The notes under the pieces were generated by a model that saw nothing but the letters and a program-made list of their open reading frames with translations, did not search any database and had not been told where the DNA came from. Made by a program: the position numbers and the translations under genes. Shown in pieces: positions 6,944-15,162 of a stretch of DNA of 32,000 nucleotides. This stretch comes from Candidatus Thalassarchaeaceae archaeon. Lineage in GTDB: Archaea; Thermoplasmatota; Poseidoniia; Poseidoniales; Thalassarchaeaceae. Location of the stretch: assembly GCA_045568075.1 (NCBI GenBank), contig JBJLBP010000001.1, positions 1,350,001-1,382,000 on the forward strand, written 5' to 3'. The first letter of the stretch is position 1. Every line of letters begins with the position of its first letter.

Positions 6944-9517
6944 ATGCGTCGTGCACTCACACTGACTTTACTCATGCTAATGATGGCGCTGACACCGATG
7001 ATGACGGCGTCGGCGCAGGGTAGTGGTGATTCGATTATCATCAACGAGATTCTTGTATCACCAAATAATGCCAATTACGATGGTACCGATTGGAATGGCG
7101 ATGGGCAGATGGGGACTTACAACGACCAGTATGTCGAATTGTACAATCCGACCAACGCAGCCATCGACATCGGCGGCTGGTGGCTAGATGATATCGCCGA
7201 TGGTGGTTCTCCTGCTTGTAGCATCAAGTGGGATACGATTCTAGCCCCGGGCGAATACATCACCTTCTTCCGTTCTTGGACCCAGATTGAATTCGATTTC
7301 TGGGATGGTGATACAATCCGTATTCTCGACGGAAATATGAACGAGATAAATACGGTCAGTTACGAGGGTGAGGATTCTGATTGGGACATCCCCTATGGTT
7401 ACGATTCGAGTGGTAATTGGGTAAAGTTGAGCGATGGCGAGCCGACCCCTGGCGGTGCTAATGATGCTGCTTGGGTTGGTGTTGGTAACGTGGTTCAGGG
7501 TAATTGCTACCCCCCTCAAGATCACATTCACCGCGGTGAGTACGTTCTCGAAGGCCGCGTGGTGACTATGGAATCACAAAACTCGGTTATCGATGATGGC
7601 CGCATCCTCATCGTCGATGGAATGATCGAAGCTGTTTGGAGCGCTGCTGACGGTGCGCCAGCAGCGGCTGACGGTATTCCTTCAATTCCTACAAGCGGAA
7701 CGATTTACCCCGGGTTCATCGACCCGCACAATCACGCGAAGTACAACCTCATCCCATTGTGGGACCACGGTACAGATGGTTGGGATAACCGCTACCAATG
7801 GCAGTCCTACTCAGGCTATAGTGATGCTAAGGACATAGGATGCTCGCTATACGATTCATCCGCTATGCGCTTCGCTGAATTACGTGCAGTTGCGGGTGGA
7901 AACACTGCACTGCAAGGTGGTTCAACATCTAACACCGACACCTTCGAGACCATGCTAACGCGCAATATTGAACTCTACAACTTCGGTAAGGACTACATCC
8001 ACACGAAGGTGACAGAATTAGAATCAGATTATGCAGGACAGCACATCAAGGACGGGAACTCCTCCGGAGAACTAGACGCTTGGTTCCTTCATCTTGCAGA
8101 AGGAATCGATGAGTCGAGCAGGGCTGAATTCGATATCCTTGTCGATAATGACCTACTCGTCGGTGAGGTCGTCATAATCCACGGTACCGGCCTCACACAA
8201 CCAGAATTCTCCGCACTCGGAGACGTTGGTGGAAGCCTAGCATGGTCACCGACCTCGAACCTCATTCTCTACGGCGATACCACAGATATCGCCACCGCGA
8301 AGGCAGAGGGCGTGAACATCATGATTGGACCGGATTGGGGGCCGAGCGGTTCCAAGAGTTCAATGCACGAACTCAAGACTGCCGAGTGGTGGGATCAGAA
8401 TGTTCTCGGTGATATTTTCACCGATTACGAAATGGTCCAGACGATTAGCACCAATATCGTCGACGCGATTGGCTGGTCGGAACACACAGGCCGTATACAA
8501 GCCGGTCTAGCAGCCGATCTCGTCGTTCTCGACACATTCCATGCCGACCCATATCGCAATGTCATCGAGGCAATTGACCCCGATGTCCGTCTAGTCGTCA
8601 TCGGCGGTCTAGCCGTCTTCGGTGATGTCGACATCATGCAAGCGATGGACGATGAGATTCAGATTATCCAAGGCGATGGCTTCACCAAGGCCACCGACAT
8701 CACCTACGACGGAGTTCCCGAAGCCCAGCAGACGGTGGAGGAGTTACTAGCAGACCTCCAGTCATGCAACCAAGGTGCGAGCGTGCCGATTGAGTACCTC
8801 TTCACCCTCGGTGACGATCGCTACTTCGACGTACTGAACCGCTCTGCAACTTTCCAAAACGGGCGAACAATCGACCTCTACGCTGACTTCTACGATATCG
8901 AGCTCGACGATGATGGACATCGCGTAGGTGGCACCGTCGGCGGCGCCGACCCAATCGACACCTCGATTGGCGGCGGTGATGGAAACAACGGCAATGGAGG
9001 AAATGGAGGAAACACGGTCCCAGAGCCAGAGTTGCCACAGATTTGGCCGACCTATGGTCCTCGAGGAGCCACCCTTTCCCACCCGACAACAATCGAAGAG
9101 GGAATCCATCTCGAGGCCTGCACTTCCGATAATGGACAAGTCACTCCCGAAAGCAAGGAATTGCTTTGTGGAGCGATTCTCGTAGTAATGCAACCAACCG
9201 AGGAGTGTATCGAATTAGAAGGATGGTACTGTCAGTTGGAGGTCGAGGATGCATTCGCCATTCCAGGGAGTTTGTGTGAAGATGTTGCGAGCACTCCCGA
9301 GGACGTGACTTGCCGTGATGCTTGGTCCTATCTTGACCTCGATGACGGTGAGCCTGAACCTGAACCCGAGCCGCAGCCCAACGACCCAGAGCCTGAAACT
9401 TCGTGGATGGACGGGCCGTTCTATTGGATTGCTGTAATTTCTCTAGTTGGTCTGTTAATCGCTTCGATTGTCACTATCAATCAGAATCTGCGCGGTAGGT
9501 TCGAAGAAGAAGAATAA
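6944..9517 (+). CDS. Exported lamin-tail-domain (LTD) / ATZ-TRZ-type amidohydrolase fusion with C-terminal TM anchor
   Basis: Signal peptide MRRALTLTLLMLMMALTPMMTASAQG. LTD signature IIINEILVSPN...YVELYNPTNAAIDIGGWWLDD. Metal-dependent amidohydrolase motifs GFIDPHNH, HLAEG, IIHGTG and GPDWGPSG. These are followed by a Gly/Asn linker (GGGDGNNGNGGNGGN), a 6-Cys module, a PEPEPEPQPNDPEPE linker, the TM helix FYWIAVISLVGLLIASIVTI and the tail NQNLRGRFEEEE. The track start is TTG 6908; ATG 6944 sits directly before the signal peptide. Confidence 0.75.
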   Translation: MRRALTLTLLMLMMALTPMMTASAQGSGDSIIINEILVSPNNANYDGTDWNGDGQMGTYNDQYVELYNPTNAAIDIGGWWLDDIADGGSPACSIKWDTILAPGEYITFFRSWTQIEFDFWDGDTIRILDGNMNEINTVSYEGEDSDWDIPYGYDSSGNWVKLSDGEPTPGGANDAAWVGVGNVVQGNCYPPQDHIHRGEYVLEGRVVTMESQNSVIDDGRILIVDGMIEAVWSAADGAPAAADGIPSIPTSGTIYPGFIDPHNHAKYNLIPLWDHGTDGWDNRYQWQSYSGYSDAKDIGCSLYDSSAMRFAELRAVAGGNTALQGGSTSNTDTFETMLTRNIELYNFGKDYIHTKVTELESDYAGQHIKDGNSSGELDAWFLHLAEGIDESSRAEFDILVDNDLLVGEVVIIHGTGLTQPEFSALGDVGGSLAWSPTSNLILYGDTTDIATAKAEGVNIMIGPDWGPSGSKSSMHELKTAEWWDQNVLGDIFTDYEMVQTISTNIVDAIGWSEHTGRIQAGLAADLVVLDTFHADPYRNVIEAIDPDVRLVVIGGLAVFGDVDIMQAMDDEIQIIQGDGFTKATDITYDGVPEAQQTVEELLADLQSCNQGASVPIEYLFTLGDDRYFDVLNRSATFQNGRTIDLYADFYDIELDDDGHRVGGTVGGADPIDTSIGGGDGNNGNGGNGGNTVPEPELPQIWPTYGPRGATLSHPTTIEEGIHLEACTSDNGQVTPESKELLCGAILVVMQPTEECIELEGWYCQLEVEDAFAIPGSLCEDVASTPEDVTCRDAWSYLDLDDGEPEPEPEPQPNDPEPETSWMDGPFYWIAVISLVGLLIASIVTINQNLRGRFEEEE

Positions 9518-9564
9518 TCCTCTGAAAGGTTGACTGAGTGCCCGTTTTAGGACACTGAGCTTGC

Positions 9565-10998
9565 TCACTCAATGCGCCATACTGGACCATCTGGGCTGTC
9601 TTCGACGACCACGCCAAGTTCGTTGAGTTGGTCGCGGATTTGGTCTGCACGCGCCCAGTCTTTGTCTGCGCGGGCGGTGGCTCTCTGCTCCAGTAGAGGT
9701 TCGACTTGACTTGCGAGATTGCTACGAGCCGACACTCCCTCAGCCTGTGCTGCTCTGACCGTGTCTGTATCGGGCAGTAAACCGAGTAGGTTGCCAGCGA
9801 ATTCATTGAGCCAGCCAACGCTGGCTGCGATGAGCCCTGAATCGGCATTTGAGTCGAGCAGGGCTCGTAATTCGCGGACCACAGTTTGAACTTCGACCAT
9901 CGCGGTTCGCGTATTGAAATCATCATTCATTCCGGCGGTAAAGCGCTCAGCGGCTGTCTCGAGGTCTTTGTGTCCCTTCCATTCGCTGCTTTCCGCCGCC
10001 ACGAGCGCCTTACCATAGACTTCCATCATGCGCTCGTGATGCTTCTTCGATTCCTCCAGCATCGCCATGTTGAATTCAATCGGTTGGCGATAAGGAGCAT
10101 TGAGCAAAGCGTAGCGAAGTTCGAGCGGATCGACGTGTTCGAAGGTATCACTAATCGTCCAAAAGTTTCCGAGCGATTTGGACATTTTTTCGCCGTCGAC
10201 GTTGATTAGTCCGTTGTGCAGCCAATACTTGACGACAGGTTCGTGTCCAAGGCAGCATTCGGATTGGAAAATTTCGGCTTCATGGTGTGGGAATAAGAGA
10301 TCAGCACCACCTCCGTGGATGTCGAAAGTCTCGCCTAGATGCTTGAGTGACATTGCTGAACACTCGATGTGCCAGCCTGGACGTCCCTCGCCCCAAGGAC
10401 TCTCCCAGGAGGGTTCTCCTGGCTTGGCAAGCTTCCACAGAGCGAAGTCGCGATGGTCTCGCTTGCCCGAGCCGGTGTTATCGACGCGCCCTCCTGCACC
10501 GGCTCGTACCATCTCTAGTGTTTGGCCGGTTAATTCACCGTATTTTTCGGGGGCAGAATCGATTTCGAAGTAGACTCCGTCATTGGCGACGTAAGCGTGT
10601 CCTTTACCGATGAGTTGCTCGACCATGTCGATTATTTCTGGAATTGATTCTGTTACGCGAGGGTAAGTGTCGGCGCGAAGAACGTTCATCGCGTCCATGA
10701 CGGTGTAATAGTCCGCGATATTACGTTCTGCAACGACAGTGAAATCGACGCCTTCGGCGTTCGCGACATTGATGATTTTGTCATCAATGTCGGTGAAATT
10801 AGTGACATATTCGACTGCGTAGCCCGAGTGACGAAGCCATCGGACGATGACGTCGAAGGCGATGGCTTGGCGTGCGTGTCCAAGGTGACTTGGAGAGTAC
10901 GGTGTGATTCCACAAGCGTAGAGTCTGACACTTCCTTCGACCAGAGGTTCGAATTCACGCTTAGCGCGCGAGCGCGTGTCGTAGACTCGCAATACCAT
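9565..10998 (-). CDS. cysS: Cysteinyl-tRNA synthetase
   Basis: 477 aa. HIGH motif PSHLGHAR, KMSKS motif KMSKSLGN, a conserved GWHIECS zinc/cysteine-binding region and a DDFNT anticodon-domain motif. Confidence 0.95.
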   Translation of the reverse strand: MVLRVYDTRSRAKREFEPLVEGSVRLYACGITPYSPSHLGHARQAIAFDVIVRWLRHSGYAVEYVTNFTDIDDKIINVANAEGVDFTVVAERNIADYYTVMDAMNVLRADTYPRVTESIPEIIDMVEQLIGKGHAYVANDGVYFEIDSAPEKYGELTGQTLEMVRAGAGGRVDNTGSGKRDHRDFALWKLAKPGEPSWESPWGEGRPGWHIECSAMSLKHLGETFDIHGGGADLLFPHHEAEIFQSECCLGHEPVVKYWLHNGLINVDGEKMSKSLGNFWTISDTFEHVDPLELRYALLNAPYRQPIEFNMAMLEESKKHHERMMEVYGKALVAAESSEWKGHKDLETAAERFTAGMNDDFNTRTAMVEVQTVVRELRALLDSNADSGLIAASVGWLNEFAGNLLGLLPDTDTVRAAQAEGVSARSNLASQVEPLLEQRATARADKDWARADQIRDQLNELGVVVEDSPDGPVWRIE

Positions 10999-11028
10999 GC
11001 TCTCGTGGCGAATCCGCGCGCCGCGCGC

Positions 11029-11763
11029 TCATGAACCTCGCGCCGCATCAACGAGCGCGCGATACAATCCGACGTGGCCGATGCGTTCGGGGTGCCATTG
11101 AACGCCGATGCAGAATCGCTTGTCGGTTCGCTCGACCCCTTCGATGAGTCCGTCATGAGAGGAATGGGCAGAAACGGAGAGGCTACCGGGGTCTAAGACG
11201 CCTTGGTGGTGGGTCGAATTAACGGCTACATTTGCACCCATAATGGAATGCAGGTGAGTTCCCTCGACGGTTTGGACGCCATGCTCGGTAACATCGCCAT
11301 CCCACCCTCCATGCTCTTCGTGCCCAGGGGTCTCTGGGAGGTGTTGGTGGATTTTTCCACCATGGACGACACACATCAATTGCATTCCACGACAAATTCC
11401 GAGTAGCGGGATGTCACGTTCGACCGCTGCTCGAATCAAATCTGATTCCGAGACATCCTGATCGGGATGTGCCAATGAGATGTGCTCGGAAGGTGCCTCT
11501 CCGTAGAGTGAGGGGTCGATGTCCGGTCCACCAGCAACAACGATGCCGTCAAGAATGTCGAGTAAGGAGGGGCAACAACCTGGCGGTAGGAGGAGAGGTT
11601 TTCCCCCTGCTTCTTCAATTGCCGTAGTGTAGCCAGAGGGGAGGATAACCGCTTCAAGGTTCCAAGGACCGAATGAGGACTCCCGCTTGCAGGCAGTTAT
11701 CCCGATGACTGGGGCGCGATGGCGGTCACTCATTGGGCTCGACTCAACTAACGAGTTCATCAA
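11029..11763 (-). CDS. Peptidase C26 / class-I glutamine amidotransferase-fold gamma-glutamyl hydrolase (PuuD-like), paralog A
   Basis: APVIGIT start, GGPDIDPSLYG, nucleophile elbow LLGICRGMQL and the His/Glu motif GVQWHPE. These are typical of the gamma-glutamyl-GABA hydrolase family. Confidence 0.8.
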   Translation of the reverse strand: MMNSLVESSPMSDRHRAPVIGITACKRESSFGPWNLEAVILPSGYTTAIEEAGGKPLLLPPGCCPSLLDILDGIVVAGGPDIDPSLYGEAPSEHISLAHPDQDVSESDLIRAAVERDIPLLGICRGMQLMCVVHGGKIHQHLPETPGHEEHGGWDGDVTEHGVQTVEGTHLHSIMGANVAVNSTHHQGVLDPGSLSVSAHSSHDGLIEGVERTDKRFCIGVQWHPERIGHVGLYRALVDAARGS

Positions 11764-11795
11764 TCAAATGGTTCAGACCTTTGATTCTGAGATAT

Positions 11796-12494
11796 CTAAG
11801 CACGTGCTGCCTCAATTAGTGCGTCGAAAACCTTGGTTTGGTTAAGCATCTCAGGGTGCCATTGCATCGAGAGGAGAAAACTGGCCCCTGGAAGTTCTAC
11901 CGCTTCGATGAGACCATCTTCGGTTCTTCCTACAATTGTGAGGTCACCTGCATCGGCTACTCCTTGATGGTGCCCCGAGTTACCGATTACATTTGTTCCG
12001 ATAATCGAACCGAGTCTCGAATTCGGGTCGATTTCGACTGCATGATTAGACCACTCGCCACCTGTTGCACCGTGCTTCTCGTAGCCAGGAGTCTCTGGGA
12101 GGTGCTGGTGGAGGCGGCCACCACGTTCGACAGCTAGGAGTTGGTGGCCACGGCAGACGCAGAGTAGTGGAAGGTCGCGCTCAATCGCAGTGGCGATGAG
12201 CGCAGATTCCCAAGTATCTTGTTCGGGGCGAAGGTTGTCTGTGCGCTCGTGCGGCTCTTCACCGTATCGAGCGGGATCGACGTCTCGACCGCCGGCGATG
12301 ATGATGCCGTCTAGACGGGCGAGAAGAGTCTCAACATCGTCGCCTTCGGTGAGCAGAATAGGAATCCCTCCCGCTCGCCTAATCGCTTGTGGATAATTCG
12401 CTGGGACCATGACCACCGCTTGTTCGGGGGTCTCGTAATCGCGCACATTAACCGAGGTTGTGACTCCAATTACTGGTGCCGACAAGCCAATCAC
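11796..12494 (-). CDS. Peptidase C26 / class-I glutamine amidotransferase-fold gamma-glutamyl hydrolase (PuuD-like), paralog B
   Basis: Same motif series as paralog A: PVIGVTTS, GGRDVDPARYG, LLCVCRGHQLL, HQHLPETPG, SMQWHPE. The GTG start overlaps the upstream stop as GTGA (12491-12494). Confidence 0.8.
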   Translation of the reverse strand: MIGLSAPVIGVTTSVNVRDYETPEQAVVMVPANYPQAIRRAGGIPILLTEGDDVETLLARLDGIIIAGGRDVDPARYGEEPHERTDNLRPEQDTWESALIATAIERDLPLLCVCRGHQLLAVERGGRLHQHLPETPGYEKHGATGGEWSNHAVEIDPNSRLGSIIGTNVIGNSGHHQGVADAGDLTIVGRTEDGLIEAVELPGASFLLSMQWHPEMLNQTKVFDALIEAARA

Positions 12495-12883
12495 TCCTCT
12501 TCACGTGCGATACGGGCTGCGCGGAATGACATGATTCCACAAACCATGAAGCAAACTCCTACTAAGATGAGAACAAGGTTGGAAGCAAGAGCGAGTGACG
12601 AATCAGGAACTCCCATAGATGCGAACATTGAGAGAGGTGCGATTACCATTAACAATGTCAGAACCATTGCTGCATGCATTAGGTGGTGGCGCATATTTGG
12701 CATCCTTTCAGAAAGTATACCTAGAATCATCAGAGGAGCGCCCATCAATGAAGGAATCATTGCTGTTATCGAAGATTGATCGGAGATGATGTAAGCCGCT
12801 ATCCCCCATAATACGAGAAAGACTCCATCGTAAATCGCGATTCTTGGAATGGTAAAGCCTGCAATGGTGAACTCGTCGTCCAT
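12491..12883 (-). CDS. Small 4-TM membrane protein, unknown function
   Basis: 130 aa with four hydrophobic segments. Ends RAARIAREEE. A TATA-like box lies about 25 nt upstream of its ATG. Its stop is coupled to the downstream C26 gene. No recognisable family motif. Confidence 0.6.
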   Translation of the reverse strand: MDDEFTIAGFTIPRIAIYDGVFLVLWGIAAYIISDQSSITAMIPSLMGAPLMILGILSERMPNMRHHLMHAAMVLTLLMVIAPLSMFASMGVPDSSLALASNLVLILVGVCFMVCGIMSFRAARIAREEE

Positions 12884-12903
12884 GCTTATGGCTCAAGGAT
12901 GCG

Positions 12904-12911
12904 CTATTTAT
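12904..12911 (-). promoter_or_regulatory. TATA-like box upstream of the 4-TM protein gene
   Basis: The minus strand reads ATAAATAG, centred about 25 nt upstream of the ATG at 12883. It lies in the 99-nt spacer after the Fe-S oxidoreductase gene. Confidence 0.35.
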
Positions 12912-12982
12912 GCGTCACTCAGCGGCATTTGAGAAGGCCGAGGCTTGAATTCCTCAAATCTCTCAGTTTCAATAAATCGAAA

Positions 12983-15022
12983 TTAATTGAAGCCGCCTTT
13001 TCGTGAATTCCAGAATCGAGACCCACGGGATTTCTTTCTGAAATTATTTTGAATTTCGGCGTCTTTGGCGACAATCTGTTCCCAAAGTATCTCAGCAACA
13101 TCCATGACGTCCATTTCAGCCCCTACTGAATCTAAGCCATCCTTTACCATGATTGAACAGAATGGACACCCGACTGCCACAGTATCACAGCCTGTTTCTG
13201 CGATTTCCTTAGCGCGGATTTGGTTAACGCGCTTGTCTGCGTCTTCCTCCATCCACATCTGTGCACCACCTGCACCACAGCAGAATGAATCTGTGCCGTG
13301 GCGCTCAACCTCGACATCGACGCCTCCGATGAGGTCACGAGGTTCGTCGACAATACCGCCTATACGACCGAGGTAACAAGGATCGTGGAAGGTCACTGAG
13401 CCATCCTTATCGACATCGGGCAACTTGCCTTCCTCCTGTAATTTGGCGAGAATTTCGGAGTGGTGGAAGACCTCGAGATCGGCGCCTCCGTAGTCGGCGT
13501 ATTCCTTGCCAAGAGTATGGAAGCAGTGAGGGCAGGAAGCCACGATACGCTTGACACCAAGTTCTTGGAAAGTCATCATATTGGTCTCAGCGAGCATCTG
13601 GAAGAGGTACTCATTACCCGCGCGACGAGCAGGGTCTCCCGAGCATCCTTCCTGCATTCCGAGAATGCCAACATCCAATCCAGCCTCTTTCAGCAAGCCA
13701 ATAGTCGCGCGGGCGACTTTCTGATTGCGTTCATCGAAGCTCGCTGCACAGCCGACGAAGTAGATGTACTCGGCTGGCTCACCAATCTTGATGTCGAGCC
13801 CCTCAGCCCAGTTTCCGCGCTCATGCATGCCGAAGCCGTATGGGTTAGAAGCCGACTCGAGGTTACCCATCGCGACATTGAGTTCTTCTGGATATTCCAT
13901 CGTCTCCATCATCGCATTGCGCCTCAAATCGGTCAGTTTCGGCACATGCTCGATGTACACTGGGCAAGCGTCCACGCACGCGTGGCAGGTAGTGCAAGCC
14001 CAGACCGCTTCTGCGCTCATTCGGTCAAGGATGCTCTCATCAGGAGTCTCTCCCTTCAGAAGAATTGGAGCATGTTCATTCGCGTAATCGCGGATGTCGT
14101 GGATAATCTGCATAGGATTGAGCGCCTTTCCGGACTCGTAAGCTGGACAGACATCTTGGCAACGTACACAAGTCGTGCACGCCCAACCATCAATCAATTG
14201 CCTCCAACTAAACTCCTCGTAACTCGATACGCCGAATGTTTCGATGTCGAGATCCTCTAACGGAACAGCCTGTCCGCTCTCGTTCACCGCGAGCGGGCGC
14301 ATCTTGGCCATCGGTTCAGTGTCGTAGAAGAATACGTTGGGAAAGGCCATCACTAAGTGCATATGCTTGGATACAGGAATCAGTACAAAGAAGGTGCAAA
14401 TCGCAACCATGTGCGCCCAATAAGCAGCAACTACGACGACATCAGCCAAGCCTAACCCAGCTACGAAGTGCCCAAGTGGCTCCCAGAAAGCCGAGGGTGA
14501 TTCAGCCGACTCGACAACGAATGAAGTCGTCGTGATCGTCATAATCAACACAAGGATGAAATTTCCTTCAAGTTGTGATTTCCCCTTCAATTTCTCCGGA
14601 GTGAAGACGACTCGACGAAGTAGCGCAGCCGTACAACCAATCAGAGCTATGGTGTAACCAAATTCGACCATCCCATTCCATGGCCCATTGAGAATATCTG
14701 GTAAGATGTTGTGAGAGAACCAATTAGCCGTAGCAAGGTCGAACATATCGGTGGAGAGCATCAAGAATCCCCAGAACATGAGGACATGCATACCACCTAC
14801 AATACGATCTTCGAGTACTCTCTTCTGACCCAACCAACCTGTTATGACTTCCTTGATGCGTTGTCCCCAGGAATCGAATCGAGAGTCACTGGCGCCTAGC
14901 ATAACTAAGCGAGTGGCAAGTTGAACCTGATAGAGGAAGAAGCTAATCGAGACTCCGCCGATGAGGAGCAGAATCATCCAGCCATCGAGCGGCCCGTATG
15001 TCTGAAGCAGTGGGTGCTCCAT
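12983..15022 (-). CDS. Membrane-bound Fe-S oxidoreductase: NarI/HdrE-like multi-TM domain fused to HdrD/DsrK/GlpC-like domain (2x[4Fe-4S] + CCG motifs)
   Basis: N-terminal ~230 aa has 5-6 TM helices with conserved His residues (MHVLMFWGF, YWAHMV, SKHMHLV). Two ferredoxin motifs follow: CTTCVRCQDVCP and CTTCHACVDACP. Cys-rich CCG-type repeats come next: FVGCAASFD, CPHCFHTL, HDPCYLGR, FCCGAGGA and GCPFCSIM. A GGTGAT Shine-Dalgarno-like sequence lies 5 nt upstream of the ATG. Confidence 0.85.
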   Translation of the reverse strand: MEHPLLQTYGPLDGWMILLLIGGVSISFFLYQVQLATRLVMLGASDSRFDSWGQRIKEVITGWLGQKRVLEDRIVGGMHVLMFWGFLMLSTDMFDLATANWFSHNILPDILNGPWNGMVEFGYTIALIGCTAALLRRVVFTPEKLKGKSQLEGNFILVLIMTITTTSFVVESAESPSAFWEPLGHFVAGLGLADVVVVAAYWAHMVAICTFFVLIPVSKHMHLVMAFPNVFFYDTEPMAKMRPLAVNESGQAVPLEDLDIETFGVSSYEEFSWRQLIDGWACTTCVRCQDVCPAYESGKALNPMQIIHDIRDYANEHAPILLKGETPDESILDRMSAEAVWACTTCHACVDACPVYIEHVPKLTDLRRNAMMETMEYPEELNVAMGNLESASNPYGFGMHERGNWAEGLDIKIGEPAEYIYFVGCAASFDERNQKVARATIGLLKEAGLDVGILGMQEGCSGDPARRAGNEYLFQMLAETNMMTFQELGVKRIVASCPHCFHTLGKEYADYGGADLEVFHHSEILAKLQEEGKLPDVDKDGSVTFHDPCYLGRIGGIVDEPRDLIGGVDVEVERHGTDSFCCGAGGAQMWMEEDADKRVNQIRAKEIAETGCDTVAVGCPFCSIMVKDGLDSVGAEMDVMDVAEILWEQIVAKDAEIQNNFRKKSRGSRFWNSRKGGFN

Positions 15023-15027
15023 CTCTA

Positions 15028-15051
15028 ATCACCTTCAGGCAACGGCCTGAA
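15028..15051 (-). promoter_or_regulatory. 5' leader of the Fe-S oxidoreductase gene: 7-bp hairpin abutting a GGTGAT Shine-Dalgarno
   Basis: The minus strand reads TTCAGGC-CGTT-GCCTGAA (15034-15051), then immediately GGTGAT (15028-15033), then TTAGAG and the ATG at 15022. Confidence 0.35.
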
Positions 15052-15162
15052 CACTCCTTGCAGGAGTGGCCGGACCTTCAATCAACCGCTCCTTTCTAAC
15101 TCTTCATCACCTCACTATGACCCATCCCAAATGCTCATGTCCCAACACCCTCACCCTTGTTC

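Noticed and set aside
8991-9398. Short tandem DNA repeats (GGAAATGGA x2 near 8991-9013; a GAGCCTGAACCTGAACCCGAGCCG-type run near 9349-9398)
   Set aside because: They encode the Gly/Asn and Pro/Glu linkers of the LTD-amidohydrolase. They are in frame and are explained as low-complexity protein spacers, not independent repeat elements.
10946-10954. tRNA T-arm-like GGTTCGAAT, and a general search for tRNA, rRNA and CRISPR
   Set aside because: The motif sits inside the cysS coding frame with no acceptor or anticodon stem context. The largest non-coding gaps (160 nt or less) show no cloverleaf, no repeat-spacer periodicity and no rRNA-like sequence.
11014-11028. Pure G/C run CCGCGCGCCGCGCGC between the C26 gene and cysS, as possible Z-DNA or a terminator
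   Set aside because: It is only 15 nt long. It can form a 5-bp hairpin but has no flanking T-tract or second copy. That is insufficient to call a regulatory element, so I note it only as an intergenic GC hairpin.
13460-14260. 266-aa + strand ORF, plus other long antisense ORFs (1966-2595, 4533-5156, 8762-9193, 9477-9926, 10686-11156, 15543-16139, 17511-17999, 29095-29511)
   Set aside because: Each lies fully inside, and antisense to, a gene with strong family motifs. Their translations are Arg/Ser/Ala-rich shadows typical of mid- to high-GC coding DNA, and none shows a recognisable motif.
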